From: the human T2T-CHM13v2.0 reference genome, Homo sapiens
DNA: 64,000 nt
NCBI RefSeq assembly: GCF_009914755.1
Contig: NC_060931.1
Strand: one strand, 5' to 3'
Numbering within the stretch: the first letter of the stretch is position 1; each line of letters begins with the position of its first letter. A model generated the notes under the pieces. It was given only the letters and a program-made list of their open reading frames with translations. It was not told where the DNA came from and did no database searches. Both the position numbers and the translations under genes were made by a program. Positions 30,469 through 51,732 of this stretch are shown here, in pieces.

Positions 30469-33400
30469 ACAACAACAAACCTCCTCCTTTTACAATGTTT
30501 TTGGGGCCGGAAGACTAATATGAGATGAGGCTGAGATGAAAACTGGGTCTTCTGCTTCTTCCCTCTTCTTCCTTCCTTCCCACTGCTCCTCCCAATCACT
30601 CTATCACTGTTGCCCTGAGGCACTCACCTGCTCCATCAGTCCCCAGAAACAGTAACAGGTATAGAGGCAACAGAAAAATCACTTTACCATGCTCCCATTA
30701 CTGCAGCCCATTAAAGCCAGGGACAAACTACCCTGGCTGTCCAAAAGCAAAAAATGCCTTTGTCTAGGACAGCATTCTTCTCATAAATTACAATAATGCA
30801 AATGTAAAATATAAATTTTTTCATCCTATTTGTGAACTAAAACAAAATACTTAAAACATTTTCATTTTACCTTTAATATATTCTTAAAGTAAAGATAATG
30901 GAAATCTGAATTATAAATTTTTTACTTACTCACCATTTAAACCACATTGTTTCTATTTTCTTTTCCTCTTATTGCTGAGCAATGAAAATTCCTTTGTTAC
31001 AAAATATAGAAAAATATGTTCCTTGGATAGTCTAACTTCCAGAACCACTATATATTCCATCTTTGCTTTCAACAATTAATCCTCAGTCTAAAAGGGGAAA
31101 ACAAGATAATCCCTCATTTAAATGATCAATGGAAGGAATTCATACAGAATAGCAGACAACTCTCACAACTCTATCATTCAGAACTTAACAAAATTTTTAA
31201 AATAATATTTCAGAAACACAAATATATCAATATTTTAACAGCAAAATTTTCTGTCTCTCCTAGGCTTCTAGCACATATATATCTCCATTCTTGAGCCTTA
31301 CTACATGCCAGGCACTGTGCTGGTACTTCACATATGTTATCTAATTTTATTCTCATTACAATTCTTTCTGTCAACCCAGGAGACTTCCAGTTTGAGACAA
31401 GAGAAAAAAGGGTGGTAGTCAACTCGGGAATTGAGTTGGGGTACCTGCATCAAAATATCTCTTTTGATTTGTTATTTTAACTGAAATCCCACCATTAAAT
31501 CCCACCCCTGGATTTGACGATTTTTCTCTCTGGCTTAAGCTATAATCAAACAGGACTGAAGTCTCATAGATTCTGGAAGCTCAGATTTAAAGCAAGTGTG
31601 GTAAGGATAGGCAATGGAGACCAGAGAACCCAAAGCCTAACTCAGCAGTTTGGCCCAAGGAGCTGTCCCCATATGAAGATCATTGGTCACAACTCTTATT
31701 TCTTAGAAGGCCCTGACAGATGTGATTCTACAAGGACAGAGTTGTTTTCAGAGTCCCTATTTTCTTGGTTTGTTCATCTCCTACCTGCTATTTCACTGGC
31801 TTCTGATAAAAGATTGTTTTTTAAAAACTCTGTCTACCCACTACTAAGGCTGAGAAAGTTTGAGTGATTTGCCCAGTATCACAGAGTAAGTGATAGAACT
31901 AAGTAAGTGATTGAACCCTCACAAAGTTGGTGTTCTCAATTACTTCTCGGCATTTTTTTCCCACTATACTAGTATAATTCATGCATTGTTAAGAAGTAAC
32001 CCAAAAAATGTTTGTTTTGGGTCCCTCCAACTACTTACTTTACTTCCCAAATATCATTTCCCTGATGCCTTCTCAAAACTGACTTTCAAATTGTTTTATT
32101 TATGCTTGGATGAAAAATGGCTAAATGGCTGGCTTTCCCAGAATATCTTCATTTTGATAAAAACCAAAATTTAAACTAAAACAATGAAGATTTAACTTTA
32201 GAATTTCAAACATTATGAAGAATGGAGGTTAGCTCAAAGTATGACTAAGTGGATTTAGCAGAAATATCTTAAACTTGGAAAATATGAAAGACCCTTCAGC
32301 AAACTGAAACTTGTTTTCAGCATTATACTACTATAAATAGAACTATAGTTCAAAGAGGGTTTTTTCCAAGCTCCTAATTTAAATCAGCAAAAGAGTGGTT
32401 TCAGGTTCCCACAACACAAGCCATTTGATGGGATATTTTATCAAAAAATATGAAAAACAATATTGCTGTGATGCTTTTAAAGGGGAGATAAGAAGAATGG
32501 CTGTTAGCCGAAAAGTCCTCTATTCTTGATTTAAAGAAAAAAGACAAGAGGGAAAGCCATGCTTTTTAAATTCTTCTCAGTCTGGTTTCTCTGACAAACC
32601 TGTTTGATAGGCATCAGGGACCTGAAGCAGTGCTTCCAGGGAAAAAGTAGCCATCACTCATGGTTCATCGGATTTCTGTGACAGAATGATCACATTCTGT
32701 AGAACTTGGCATAAGCACATCATTATTAAGCCTTGCTTTAGCATTTCTTAACTGATCACGGATGCCGCAGTCCTCGGTGGCTCCTCTCTGTTGGCACTGT
32801 TTGTAGTTATTTGACCTTTTCTCAGTGGATAATCCACACAGAAAGCCCTAATTACTTCCCCAGCTTTGACCAGCCAGCAGTGTGAATAATCAATGACACT
32901 CATTTAGGTATTGCACAGTCAGATGCTTATGGTGTTTAAAGAACATTTTTCCTTTGACCTGCCACAGCTGTAAGACAATTACAAGCAGTAAAGCTGCTGT
33001 TGTAATCACAAGATGACCAGGTGACCTTGTAGGTTTAAAGTTGATGACTGGGGCCTTGACTGGGACGTAGTCAAGATACAGAACATATTTTGGGAGAGAA
33101 AGGAAGCTTCATTGTATACTAATGTGACATGCTCAGCCCCAAGAGCAGTGTTCTGAAATATTGACAAATCACAAGACTCATATTGGCAGGTAAAATTCAG
33201 CATTTATATCCATGGCCTCAGCTACTTCTTTCCATTGTACATAAAATAGTAAATAAATAAGAATAGAAAAAATACTGAAGTCTATCCATACCTCTCTCTA
33301 AACTTTTTAAGGTAGAAATGAAGATAAAAATGGAAGTAAGTTGTCCTATCTAAACAGATATTTACAGGTTTCTAGAATGTTAAATTTTTTTTAATGTATT

Positions 33401-33559
33401 CAAATTGCAATGAATCCTTATGAACTCTCAGGCCAACTTCCCCCACAAAGATCACTATTAAAAAGATGTGAGGTCTGGGGTTCTTTGAAATAATGACTAA
33501 TTACCAAATTACATATAAAGCTATAACATAAGTTGTAGGAAAATGGAATATGATATTTC

Positions 33560-33740
33560 TAATAGAGTATTGTTCCTGGAAACACTAATGTATTGAAAAT
33601 CCTTTGGAAACAAGGATTGATCATGTAAAGTTTGGGAAACATAGGATACGATACCCTTTTCATGGAGATTTACAATGTACAATTAGCATATTAAAGGTTC
33701 TGGAATGTGTTTCTCAAAACAATTTTGGGAATGCTAGTTT
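33560..33740. mobile_element. Old hAT-type MER fragment
   Basis: aagtttgggaaac..ttagcatattaaaggttctg..tttgggaatgct. Confidence 0.4.
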
Positions 33741-35045
33741 ATAGGTCTTTTTTTCCTTGTTATTACCATCTTATATAAAAATTGAATTTATAAATATGAG
33801 TTTTTGCCTCAGAATGTGAATGAGTAGACTTTCTACTTCACTTTTCAGAAAGTTTTGTACTTATTTATTAAAAGGAACACAAAATAAGATCAGTAAAAAC
33901 AATCAAGAAAACAAGTTGGTAGAACAATGAAACAGTTATGTTCCTGGCAGAAAAGATGAAGAAAAGGACATGTCCTAAATTAGGGACACAGCAGAGGAGA
34001 GTTTTGGAATGGAAAAGGCCTCAGATAAAGGAAAGGAAGGGAAGGTGTGAGGTTAACACACAGACCATCTTCTCCTTTTTCAAACTGAAGGCTGTCCTGA
34101 TTTAATCTGGCAAAAGAAGGCAAACCAGCTCATCAGCATGCAATTGATGATTTATCCAGCTTGCTGTCAGACAGAGCACTGTGTAAAGACGCAGGAGAGA
34201 ATGAGGAAAAACAGGCAAACCTTAGTGAGTAAGCCAAGAAGGCAAATCACTAAAAAAACACACACACAGTAAAAAGACTGCACATTTGCTGGTATGATCT
34301 TGATTAATCCCAAAACAGCTGAAGCTTTCATGTTTGGGGCGACTAGGATGTGTAATGCAAGTTTTTACTCATACTAGCAGAATCCAATTCATAGTATTTG
34401 TAGTAAACGAGCTGGTTTTTAAAACATCACTTTTAGGTTCAGCAGGCATCACTGTGTTTTCCTGTAGTGTATGCCATGTTTGAGTGATATTTATAATTAT
34501 TTCCTTATATATGTTTATTGCTTTGTTGGAAGGTGAGGCCTATATTTTTCTGCATTATACAGCACCCCAGGATTAGGGTGGATTTACCTCTTATTCTGCA
34601 ATACTGTCTTTCAAGGACCCAGTAACTCTGTATAACTAGTTCCAGCTTGTAATGTGTCTGGGAATTTTTTGACTTTTGGAATCCATTGATGTCCTCCAGA
34701 AACAATCATTCTTAAATGTTGCCAAACCATCAAGAATATGAGGTTATTATAAGGTCAGTAGTAACAGGCAGTTAGAAACATAAGGGGAAATGGGTTGAGA
34801 GGCAGAGGCAGCAGCAGCATCAGGAACATTTACCCATGCATATTGCTGACCAAGTAATTTTTTCTGCAATTCTGTAAAACTCAGTCTTTTAATTAAAGGC
34901 CTCCCAGTGAATGGGGCAAGACAATGTGTGGAATGTATTCAGGATTGCTACCTCTAGTCATACATTTTACCTCCTCAACCCTTTAATGTCAGTTTACAGC
35001 CTCTATATAACTGGTAGCACCATAGATCCCATTCTAAATCTGAGC

Positions 35046-35969
<924 letters not shown>

Positions 35970-36032
35970 AGACCATTGAGGCTAGGAAGAAACTGCATCA
36001 ACTAACGAGCAAAATAACTAGCTAACATTATA

Positions 36033-39863
<3,831 letters not shown>

Positions 39864-40198
39864 ACAATGAGAACACATGGACACAGGAAGGGGAACATCA
39901 CACACCGGGGCCTGTTGTGGGGTGGGGGGAGGGGGAAGGGATAGCATTAGGAGATATACCTAATGTTAAATGACCAGTTAATGGGTGCAGCACACCAACA
40001 TGGCACATGTATACATATGTAACAAACCTGCACGTTGTGCACATGTACCCTAAAACTTAAAGTATAATTAAAAAAAAAAAAAAGAAACTTGGAAGAAAAG
40101 AGTTGAGGAGGCAAACACCCAGCAAGCAAAATATATAAATATCTGGCTTCATACTGAACCCCTGAATACTAAATGTGAAATTTTAAGAACCAGTATAG

Positions 40199-40516
<318 letters not shown>

Positions 40517-40813
40517 TCAAAATCACTTTTAGTGCTTTATGGATAAGGAAACAGGCACAGAAAAGTTAAATTACTTGACAAAGATCATAGCTAGTATGTA
40601 ACAGAATAGACTACAAACAGGTGATCCTCCAAATTTAGTGCTTTTTATTTTGACTGCAACACAATGTTTCTCTTAAAAAAATGTTGATTCAATATAGGGT
40701 ATATAAATATATTACACATGTAATAAGATATTTATAGATATGTCAGTTAAACTTTCATATCTTTCTCTTTAGCATAAGAAAGTACCAGGTTTACTGTAAG
40801 TATAAGAAAAACA

Positions 40814-41122
<309 letters not shown>

Positions 41123-42335
41123 TGGAAAAATATACATCTCAGGAAAAAATTTAAATAATTTTAAATGAGAAACCTAGGATTTATCATATGAACCCTATTT
41201 ATGTTTATTCTTAGTCACATTGATTCAGTTGAAAAAAGATGCTTCATTTATGACATCTAAAATTCCAACCCATAATCAGAAGCAGCAGAATGGTCATGGT
41301 GAAAATATTTGCCCTACATCTGTGTCTACTTAGGGTTGCACATCCAAATCTGCTTGGCATTATTTGTTTAATTTGGAGAAAGGACACCTAATTTTCTTGT
41401 TTCCTCATTGACTAAACTGCTGTATACAAGAGAATGGTTTCTGCATTCAGAATGAGTTCCTACATGATTAAGAAACCAATTCAAAGGAATGCTTCTTAAA
41501 CCTGCAGCAACTTAGCAACTCATTATTATTAATATTTTCATTAAACCATTCAAAGCTTTCTTGATATAAACACAATTTTCTTTTTCTAATCAGTCAGCAT
41601 ATCTGAACATTATAGTTTGTTTGGTTTTTCCAGAGTTCTGGTTGGTTGTTTGCTCTGGGGAATTTGGCCTCTTTTATAAAGTTAATAGTTTGGAAAAGGT
41701 ACTGTAAGAAAGCTTCTAATGGTGCAATGAGTGTGTTTAACAAGCATTTCCAGGAAAAGATTTTGGTAAGTCACTTGTATGTTTCATCCATAGAAAGCCA
41801 AAAATCTAAATGTCATAAACATATTCCTGAACATTTGATAAATGCTATAAATTGGACTGATTGAACTATATAAAATATTCGTAACATTGTTCTACATGTA
41901 AATGTATTCCAAGTTCCAGTTTAACTTGCCAGGAACAACCCCTTGGCTGAGAATCTATCTTGTGACCCAGTAGGGAAGCTCTCTCAGCAAGAGGGAGATA
42001 TTCTTAATAGTTAGTAACCTAACTCTAAATTTGAAAATAGGAAGGAAAATCTTTGGGGCACATACTCCCCTAAAATGATACATATTGTGACCAAAGAGTG
42101 ATCTAGAAAGAGACTTTCCACTCACTCCCATGAAAAAGTTGTCAGAACTAGACTGTCCTTACCCTTAGGTGTGCACTGCAGCCCAGACTACTCCTCTGAG
42201 TCACATTCTAGCTTTCTCTTTCCTGTAACATCTTAACAAGCATTAGCCTGTTAATCATTTTCTAGGGATAGTTCTGGGGCTGGAAGCTGCTGTAAAATAA
42301 AGCAATTTGGGGAAAATCTTAAAGATTATCTAGAC

Positions 42336-42906
42336 CAGAGGTACCCAAACTTTCCCAGGTCATAGCACTATAAATGTCTTAAGTAATTTTTCATAGTGCC
42401 CCTAGGCCAAAAGAAATAACTAACAGTCTCATTAATTAAGTAGTTAGGTCCAAATACTTAGTAAGTATTTGGGTTCTGATAACTTAGGAGGTGGTCTTAC
42501 ACACACACACACATAGCCACACAAACAAATTAAAACCAAATCATATTTTTACTTAACTTCTAAACAGCCACAATTACTTCCTAATGAGATATGTACCCCT
42601 CTTCAGCACTCACATCTCAAACGCTGGAATTAAACTGCACTCCCTTCTTTCTCGTTCTACACTGATTTCTACATAGTACTTGTTTTTATCATAGCAATGA
42701 CCAAAAATCCAGCTTTACAAAGAGATGGCATTGAAAGACATGTAGTGTGAGCTAATGTTGTGAACTATTGCAAGCTGTTGTTTTGCCTGGTGTCTGAAAA
42801 ACATCAAGTATCATTCTATTTCCCTTGAAATTTTAAAATGTCCTGCAACACCCTTGTGAGTTAACTGTAGCACCCCAAGGCACCTTGGTCACAGTTTGGG
42901 AATTGG
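42336..42906 (+). mobile_element. hAT-Charlie MITE (MER119-like)
   Basis: Terminal inverted repeats ca..cccaaact / agtttgggaa; internal gcccctaggccaaaagaaata. Confidence 0.65.
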
Positions 42907-43183
42907 GAATCTAATATCCTATTTCATGGACAAGAAAAGTAAGACCAAGAATAGTTAAGAAAATTTTCCAAGATTATCCAGCTAATTAGGTTAAGTAAAA
43001 AACAAGAAGTCCTGTTTAAAATACTGAGAATTTAGCCCATGTTCTTAAATTTAACTGGATCCCACAGATCTTGATTCTGCAGAGCAAACCTATGGACATG
43101 AAACTAACCCCACCTCCCAGGGCATTCCTGTCTTTGCATTCACTACTAGATGGTCCTCAACACAGTGATTTTTTTTAAGGTGA

Positions 43184-44260
<1,077 letters not shown>

Positions 44261-45293
44261 CTAATAAATACAGACTATCTTCATGATAATACAATAACAC
44301 ATAATGTACTTTAAAACAACTCCTATAGATTTCCACTATTATATATTTAATATATGTAAAACTTAGGACACGTAACTCCAGATACCTATCAGAAGTATAT
44401 GAAACCAAACTCACTACTACCCCTTGAGGATTTAGTGAAATTTTCATAGCCTATGCCTCACATGGAAACATATTTTATAAACCAAGTGACATCTGACTAA
44501 AACATATAAAGTTAAGTTTTCTTAAGGGGATAAATTCTCACATAAAATTGGTCTAGTTTAAGGCAAAAAATTAAACACTTTGATTTATCTCCATTATCTC
44601 CCTCAACCCCACTAATGAAGGAAGAGAGTCCTTAAAACATAAGCCCACTGACGAACAACAATGAGAGAAGGAATGAAGTCACAAAATTTTGGAAACTGGA
44701 AAGCAGATGAATAAGCAATAAGACTGCAAAAAGCTGAATCTTAAATGGGCAGTGGGAATAGCTAAGAAGCAACCTAATTTGCTTCAGAAAAACACTCCTA
44801 AAAGGCCCAGAAAGTGACATCATAAAGCACTCTGGAAGTGAAGAGGTGAACATAAAGCTATTCTTTCCTCAATTTCATGCAGCTAGACAACTGCCTCTCC
44901 CCAATTTCAGGAGAAGACAAGATGTTTATTCTCTGGAGAGGGTAAAATATGGGGAATTATGACTGCAGGAACCCAGGCACAATTGAGATAGAAGTTATCA
45001 TACTAAAAATAGGGAAATTAAATGAAAGTTTGCACAATGAACTTTAAAATCCCCAGCCCTCTTGTTGTATTCCACTCTTAGAATGCTGGCAGCTGGATTT
45101 TATCATACCCCAGAAAGATATGAGAATTTATTATAACCATGAAAGAAGAACAGGATGCTTAAGAAAAAAATCAGAGAACAAGGAAGAAGTCTTGAAAATT
45201 CTCTTAGAATTTCCAAGAGATCTTGGAAAATTAATAAAGGAATTGAAGTTTCCTTGAAGAAAAGAGAAAAAGAAAATGGATTTTCAGAAGGAT

Positions 45294-45370
45294 GGAAGGA
45301 AGGAAGGAAGGAAGGAAGGAAGGAAGGAAGGAAGGAAGGAAGGAAGGAGAAGGGGAGGGGAGGGGAGGGG
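45294..45370 (+). repeat. (GGAA)13 followed by (GGGGA)n
   Basis: 13 consecutive GGAA units at 45294-45345. Confidence 0.95.
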
Positions 45371-45650
<280 letters not shown>

Positions 45651-46122
45651 GGGAGAAAGAAAAAATTCAAGAAAACTTCTTACCACTGAAGAGCTTGAGT
45701 TTCCAGAAATGAAAAGACCCATGGAGTACCAAGCACAATGGATAAAAATAAATAGACCTACATCTCTATAAAAGAAGATCAATATGAAATTTCAGAGCCC
45801 TAGGCCAGAAATAAAAAGGGTTTTAACAGATCTTAGATTTAAAAAAAAATACAAGATTGACAATGAGAATGTCATCAGACTTCTCAGTAATAACATTGGA
45901 AGCTAGCAGGTAATGGAGAAATGCCTTAAAAATAATAAATTTTATTAATTAAATGTGAAGATAGAATAATGGATTTCAGTCATTTAAGATCTCAAAAATT
46001 TCTAGGAAGCTGTTAGAAGATATGATCAATCAAAATAAGAATGTGAAGTAGGAAAAAAAAAGACATAATATCCAGAAAACCAGGGGATCCAACACAAAAG
46101 AGACAAAGTGAATTCCTTGAAG

Positions 46123-46430
46123 CAGGGGTCAGCAAACTATATAGCCTGTGGGCCTAATTCAGCATGACACCTGTTTTTATATGGCCCAAGAATTAAGAAT
46201 GGTTCTTACACTTTTAAGTGATTTCTAAAAATAAAAATAAGAATATTCCATAACACCTAAAAACTATATGAAATTAAAATTTCAGTGTTCATAAAGTTCT
46301 ACTGGATCACAGCCACACTTATTGATTTATGTATCATCTATGGCTGCTTTTGTGCTGTAACAGCAAAGTTAAGCAGATGCACCTAAGGCTATATGGTCTA
46401 AAAAGCCTACTTTACAGAAAGTTGCCTTAC
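46123..46430 (+). mobile_element. MER58-like hAT-Charlie MITE
   Basis: Starts caggggtcagcaaact; internal cacagccacact..tctatggctgctttt; ends tttacagaaagttgcc..accc. Confidence 0.75.
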
Positions 46431-48958
46431 CCTAGAGGATGGTAAAGGAGGAAGATCCCAGAATAACAGCTATGCAGCAAGCCTAAAGAACAACTGGCCC
46501 AAACTAGAACAAATCAGAAAGCCATAGGAGAGAGATCCCAAAAAATAAAACTGATGGAATTTCTGAAATGTTTCAATGTACTAAAAGAAGATTTGAATAA
46601 CTTGGGAAGGATTTGTAAATAAACTGGTTATCAGTGCATAGAAAATTAAATTTAAAACAAGAGCATTATTAAATTATTTTTAAAAAGTGATACAGGAAGA
46701 AAAATTATTGTAGTATACTACATGGTTCAGCTGTGAATAGAATTTATGTAGTCATAATGTAAGTACTAAATATTAAACAAAACAAAATTATAATAAAGTA
46801 ATTATGTAAGGAAAATGGGGAACTAGAAATGTACCAGGCAGTATTGAGAATACTGGTGGCAACAAGATTAAAAGACAGATAAATTCTTACTTTTGCAGTC
46901 AAGAGATGCATCTAAAAACAAAAAGTCAAGAAGCAGCAGCTTAAGATTTAGTGGTATTTAGCCAAATATCAAGAGAAACAGCTTAAACAGTTAAAAGTGC
47001 TTTCTTTAGTGATTGGGAAATGGGGTAAGGGTAGAAGAAAGGGAGAAACAGGACAGACCTGCTATTTATCAAAGTAAGGCTTGTAGACAATTTAATTTTT
47101 TAAACTATGTGTATATGTAACTTTGAAGCAAATAAAAACTAAATTTGATATTAGCCCCCCAAATGAAGAATTCTCATATAGATTTCTGATTGTTTGGCAT
47201 GCTTTACAGGGTAAGTTTTTCAAGTAATGTTTATAAACACACTTGATTTGAGAATTTTGAACTGTTTACGAAATAAAGGTCTTATTTTACATACCAACAT
47301 GCAATTAGTAAGTAAAAGTGAAGGGATTTTTTAAAACATTATTTTTTAAGTACATAAAATTCCTTTATTTTGTTCTACTCTGTTTAGATCATTACTACAG
47401 AAAATAACATCTAAATACTAACCACTTCAACTTCACTAGATCAGCTAAAACAACTAAAAGATTTAATGGAAGGGTGTTTATATTATGGAAGACAATTAGG
47501 TAAGACAGTTAATGTAAGAATAAGCTATCTTGTTAAGTAGGTCATCCAAAGAAAGGCATGTACTAAGTACTTCTATGTTTTAGCTAAAAAATATAAATAA
47601 ATATGAAATGAACATATTAATATTACAGTTACAAATAAATAACAATAAAAACATTGTTTTAATTGGACATCCAGTACATCCCCAAATTTGTTTTTCAGTA
47701 TTATCTTTCAAAGTCACTCAACCATAGCACACATTTTGTAAATGTCCTATATTTTACATGAATTGTATACAGGGCTTTTATTTAATTTTTCACATTTATT
47801 TTACACTGATATTTGACAACCAATTTTAAATTGGCATAATTAGCAATTACCTTAGTATTCCTGTTTTTCAGTCTGAATACTCTTCATTCAAATGATGATT
47901 AGTTTGTTTGTAGTAATTAGCATTTTAGCCAGGGAAATGGTTTACAAACTATGTTGCTTTACATCCATTTTGCTAAAGAGAAAAGAAAAGTGCTATTTAC
48001 TTTAATACTAACTGTATTTTTTAAATTGTGCCTTAAATTCATTTATGAAATAAATTTGAAAAATCAGAAGGGCTTGGTGTATTTACCTACATCACTAATT
48101 AGACTATAATAGCTTCTTCTAAGAAGACTGCAGGTACTCTCCCTGCTCTTAATGGAATGTAGCAACTGTTTCTCAAATCACCCTCATGACAGCATTATGC
48201 AATTTTATCTGTCTATATTCTATTTCTACTTTATATTGTGGATACATTGGAGCCATATAGGAGTGTTTTCTATCATTGCAAAAGCCAGATAAAATAGTTT
48301 AACTACTACATCAAGTGGGAAATTATATATATAAATTGTCTGCTGCTGTCTATAGATTATGTCTGTAAAAGTTAAAAGCATTTTTCCCCTTTTAGAGAGA
48401 ACACTCCCAATGCCTTCCTTTGCCTCATATATAAATTATCTTTTAAGGGACCAGGTGCAATAGGCAAAGAGTTGGCTGTCTTCCCAACCCAGCTTTGCAT
48501 ACTCGTAGAGCTAGGGGTCACAGAAATGCAGAATTTAGAGTACAAAGCCAAGTCAAGAATTATTTTCCTGCATCTTTTCCCTTAGGGGAGAGAAAGGGTG
48601 GTGGAATGGCAATTTGGGAGAAGTCATCTGAATTGAGATGAATTTAATTGCTTTTCCTGTTAATCTCCCTGCCTACACAGGTGGCTATGAGAGTCCTCTC
48701 TCCACAGATCCATGTCAGTGTCAACATTAAGAGGAACCGAGAATTTGGAAATCTGGTCCAGGCAGTTCTCCAGCTTTGTTCCAGATGCAGGATGAACACA
48801 ATTCTATTGGAAGCATTTGTGTGCGTGACATGATTAGACAATTAATATCCAGCAGAACACCAGACCCTACTCCTCCCAAACAAGTTTGGAGTTAATCCTA
48901 GAAAGCGTAGGTCCTCAGTGGCATGGGACTTTTTGTAGAGTTGTTTGATACTCCATAG

Positions 48959-48961
48959 TAT

Positions 48962-49004
<43 letters not shown>
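48959..49004 (+). repeat. (TTTA)n microsatellite, about 11 units
   Basis: Directly visible. Confidence 0.95.
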
Positions 49005-49369
49005 TATGATTTTGAACTCTGTGAGACCTGCTCCAGAGTACTCTTGGGAGGACAAGAAATTTCTAACTAACTAGGAAATGACTAGCAGGGAGGCTGCCTT
49101 GGGATATTGTTCAGACAGAGAAAGTAAAATTACCCTTCACCTTGGTTTCTGCATTTGCTACCATTATCCCTCGATATTCCTATGCCCAGTATGCTATGGT
49201 CAAATGAGAAGATTCTTTTTACATTTTGCTCTATTTAAGAAAGGCAGTGCAATCCCATGCATTTCTAATGGACTAAGATCAAGTCTAACTTCTGAAGTGA
49301 TTTTCAGGAAATGTCTTAGAACATAATTATCTTTTAGACACCAGTCAAGTTGGAAGCTGAGGAGACACA

Positions 49370-49680
49370 CAGAGACTCTGCATTTTCTGTTCCTTGACCT
49401 AGAATGCTCTTCATATAGCCAGCTTCTCATACTTCAGGTCTTGGTCTAAATGTCACTTTCTCAAGGAGATCTTTCATTACCACCCTTTCTAGATTCCCTA
49501 AACCTCCATCCCCAGCACTTTATTTCTCTCCTTCATGAAATTATTACACAATTATTTTAATTGTGCACTTCCTTTCTTCTCTCTCTGCCCCACAAGAATG
49601 GAAGCTTCCTGTACTTCGAACACAGTATACCTATAGTGTATATACAGTATAACCAAGAAAGATTTATCAATGAAAGAGTA
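49370..49680 (+). mobile_element. L2 3' remnant
   Basis: cctagaatgctctt..ttcaggtcttggtctaaatgtcacttt..agaatggaagcttcc. Confidence 0.55.
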
Positions 49681-49737
49681 CTGAAGGTAACTGAGGAACT
49701 TTACTGAAACATTTAAAACATTTTATTTTTGATAAGT

Positions 49738-50320
<583 letters not shown>

Positions 50321-50802
50321 TGTTCTCTTACAATAGAAATTTCTAGAAAAATAATACAATCAGCCACAAGGATATTGTTCAGAAACTGTTACTAAAAATT
50401 TGTAGTCTGTTTATATTTATGTATATTGTATGTTAATGTTTATATTTGCAGTTTAACTGTGTTTATATTTGTGTATATTGGTCTTTATTCACTGGGTTTC
50501 TTGAATTGCAGAGTCATATCAGAAATTCTGCATATCCTAAAACTTAAGACACGTAGATGAGTGGTACTTTTTTTCTGTTTCCCTACTTAAGTATGTCTTT
50601 GCAATTCCTTGGCCTGAATATTTTGTTGGTATTTACATGTCTTCATCTGTACAATAGAAAGCTAAGAGCCTGAAACTTCTGAGTGGCTTTAGTTCTGCCA
50701 GTATCGAAGGAAGCTGGCACTGATAAAAGTTCTTCCACGGTCAGAGTAAATGACTGGAATAGATAAAGAGAGGCTATATTTGGCCTAAATCCTTACGGTG
50801 AC

Positions 50803-51098
<296 letters not shown>

Positions 51099-51340
51099 AC
51101 ATTTAAGTAATAAACTTTATCCTATGAACAATGCCTTAACACAAAGTTAGTCAGTCATAAACTACCTATGTGTTCAATTTTGACTGCCAACTTTGGTATC
51201 TGTGTACGTTTAATTTCCATATTTATAATAGCTTCCTCTAACAGTTTTCAGCACTACATTGGTAATATTGTTGGGAATACCTACTTGAGATGAAAGTTTT
51301 GAACTATGATCTTAGCCACAGTAAAAAAAGAAAATTAAAC

Positions 51341-51732
<392 letters not shown>

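Noticed and set aside
50408-50480. Three tgtttatattt copies as a FOX-site array
   Set aside because: Low-complexity degenerate local duplication with no other support.
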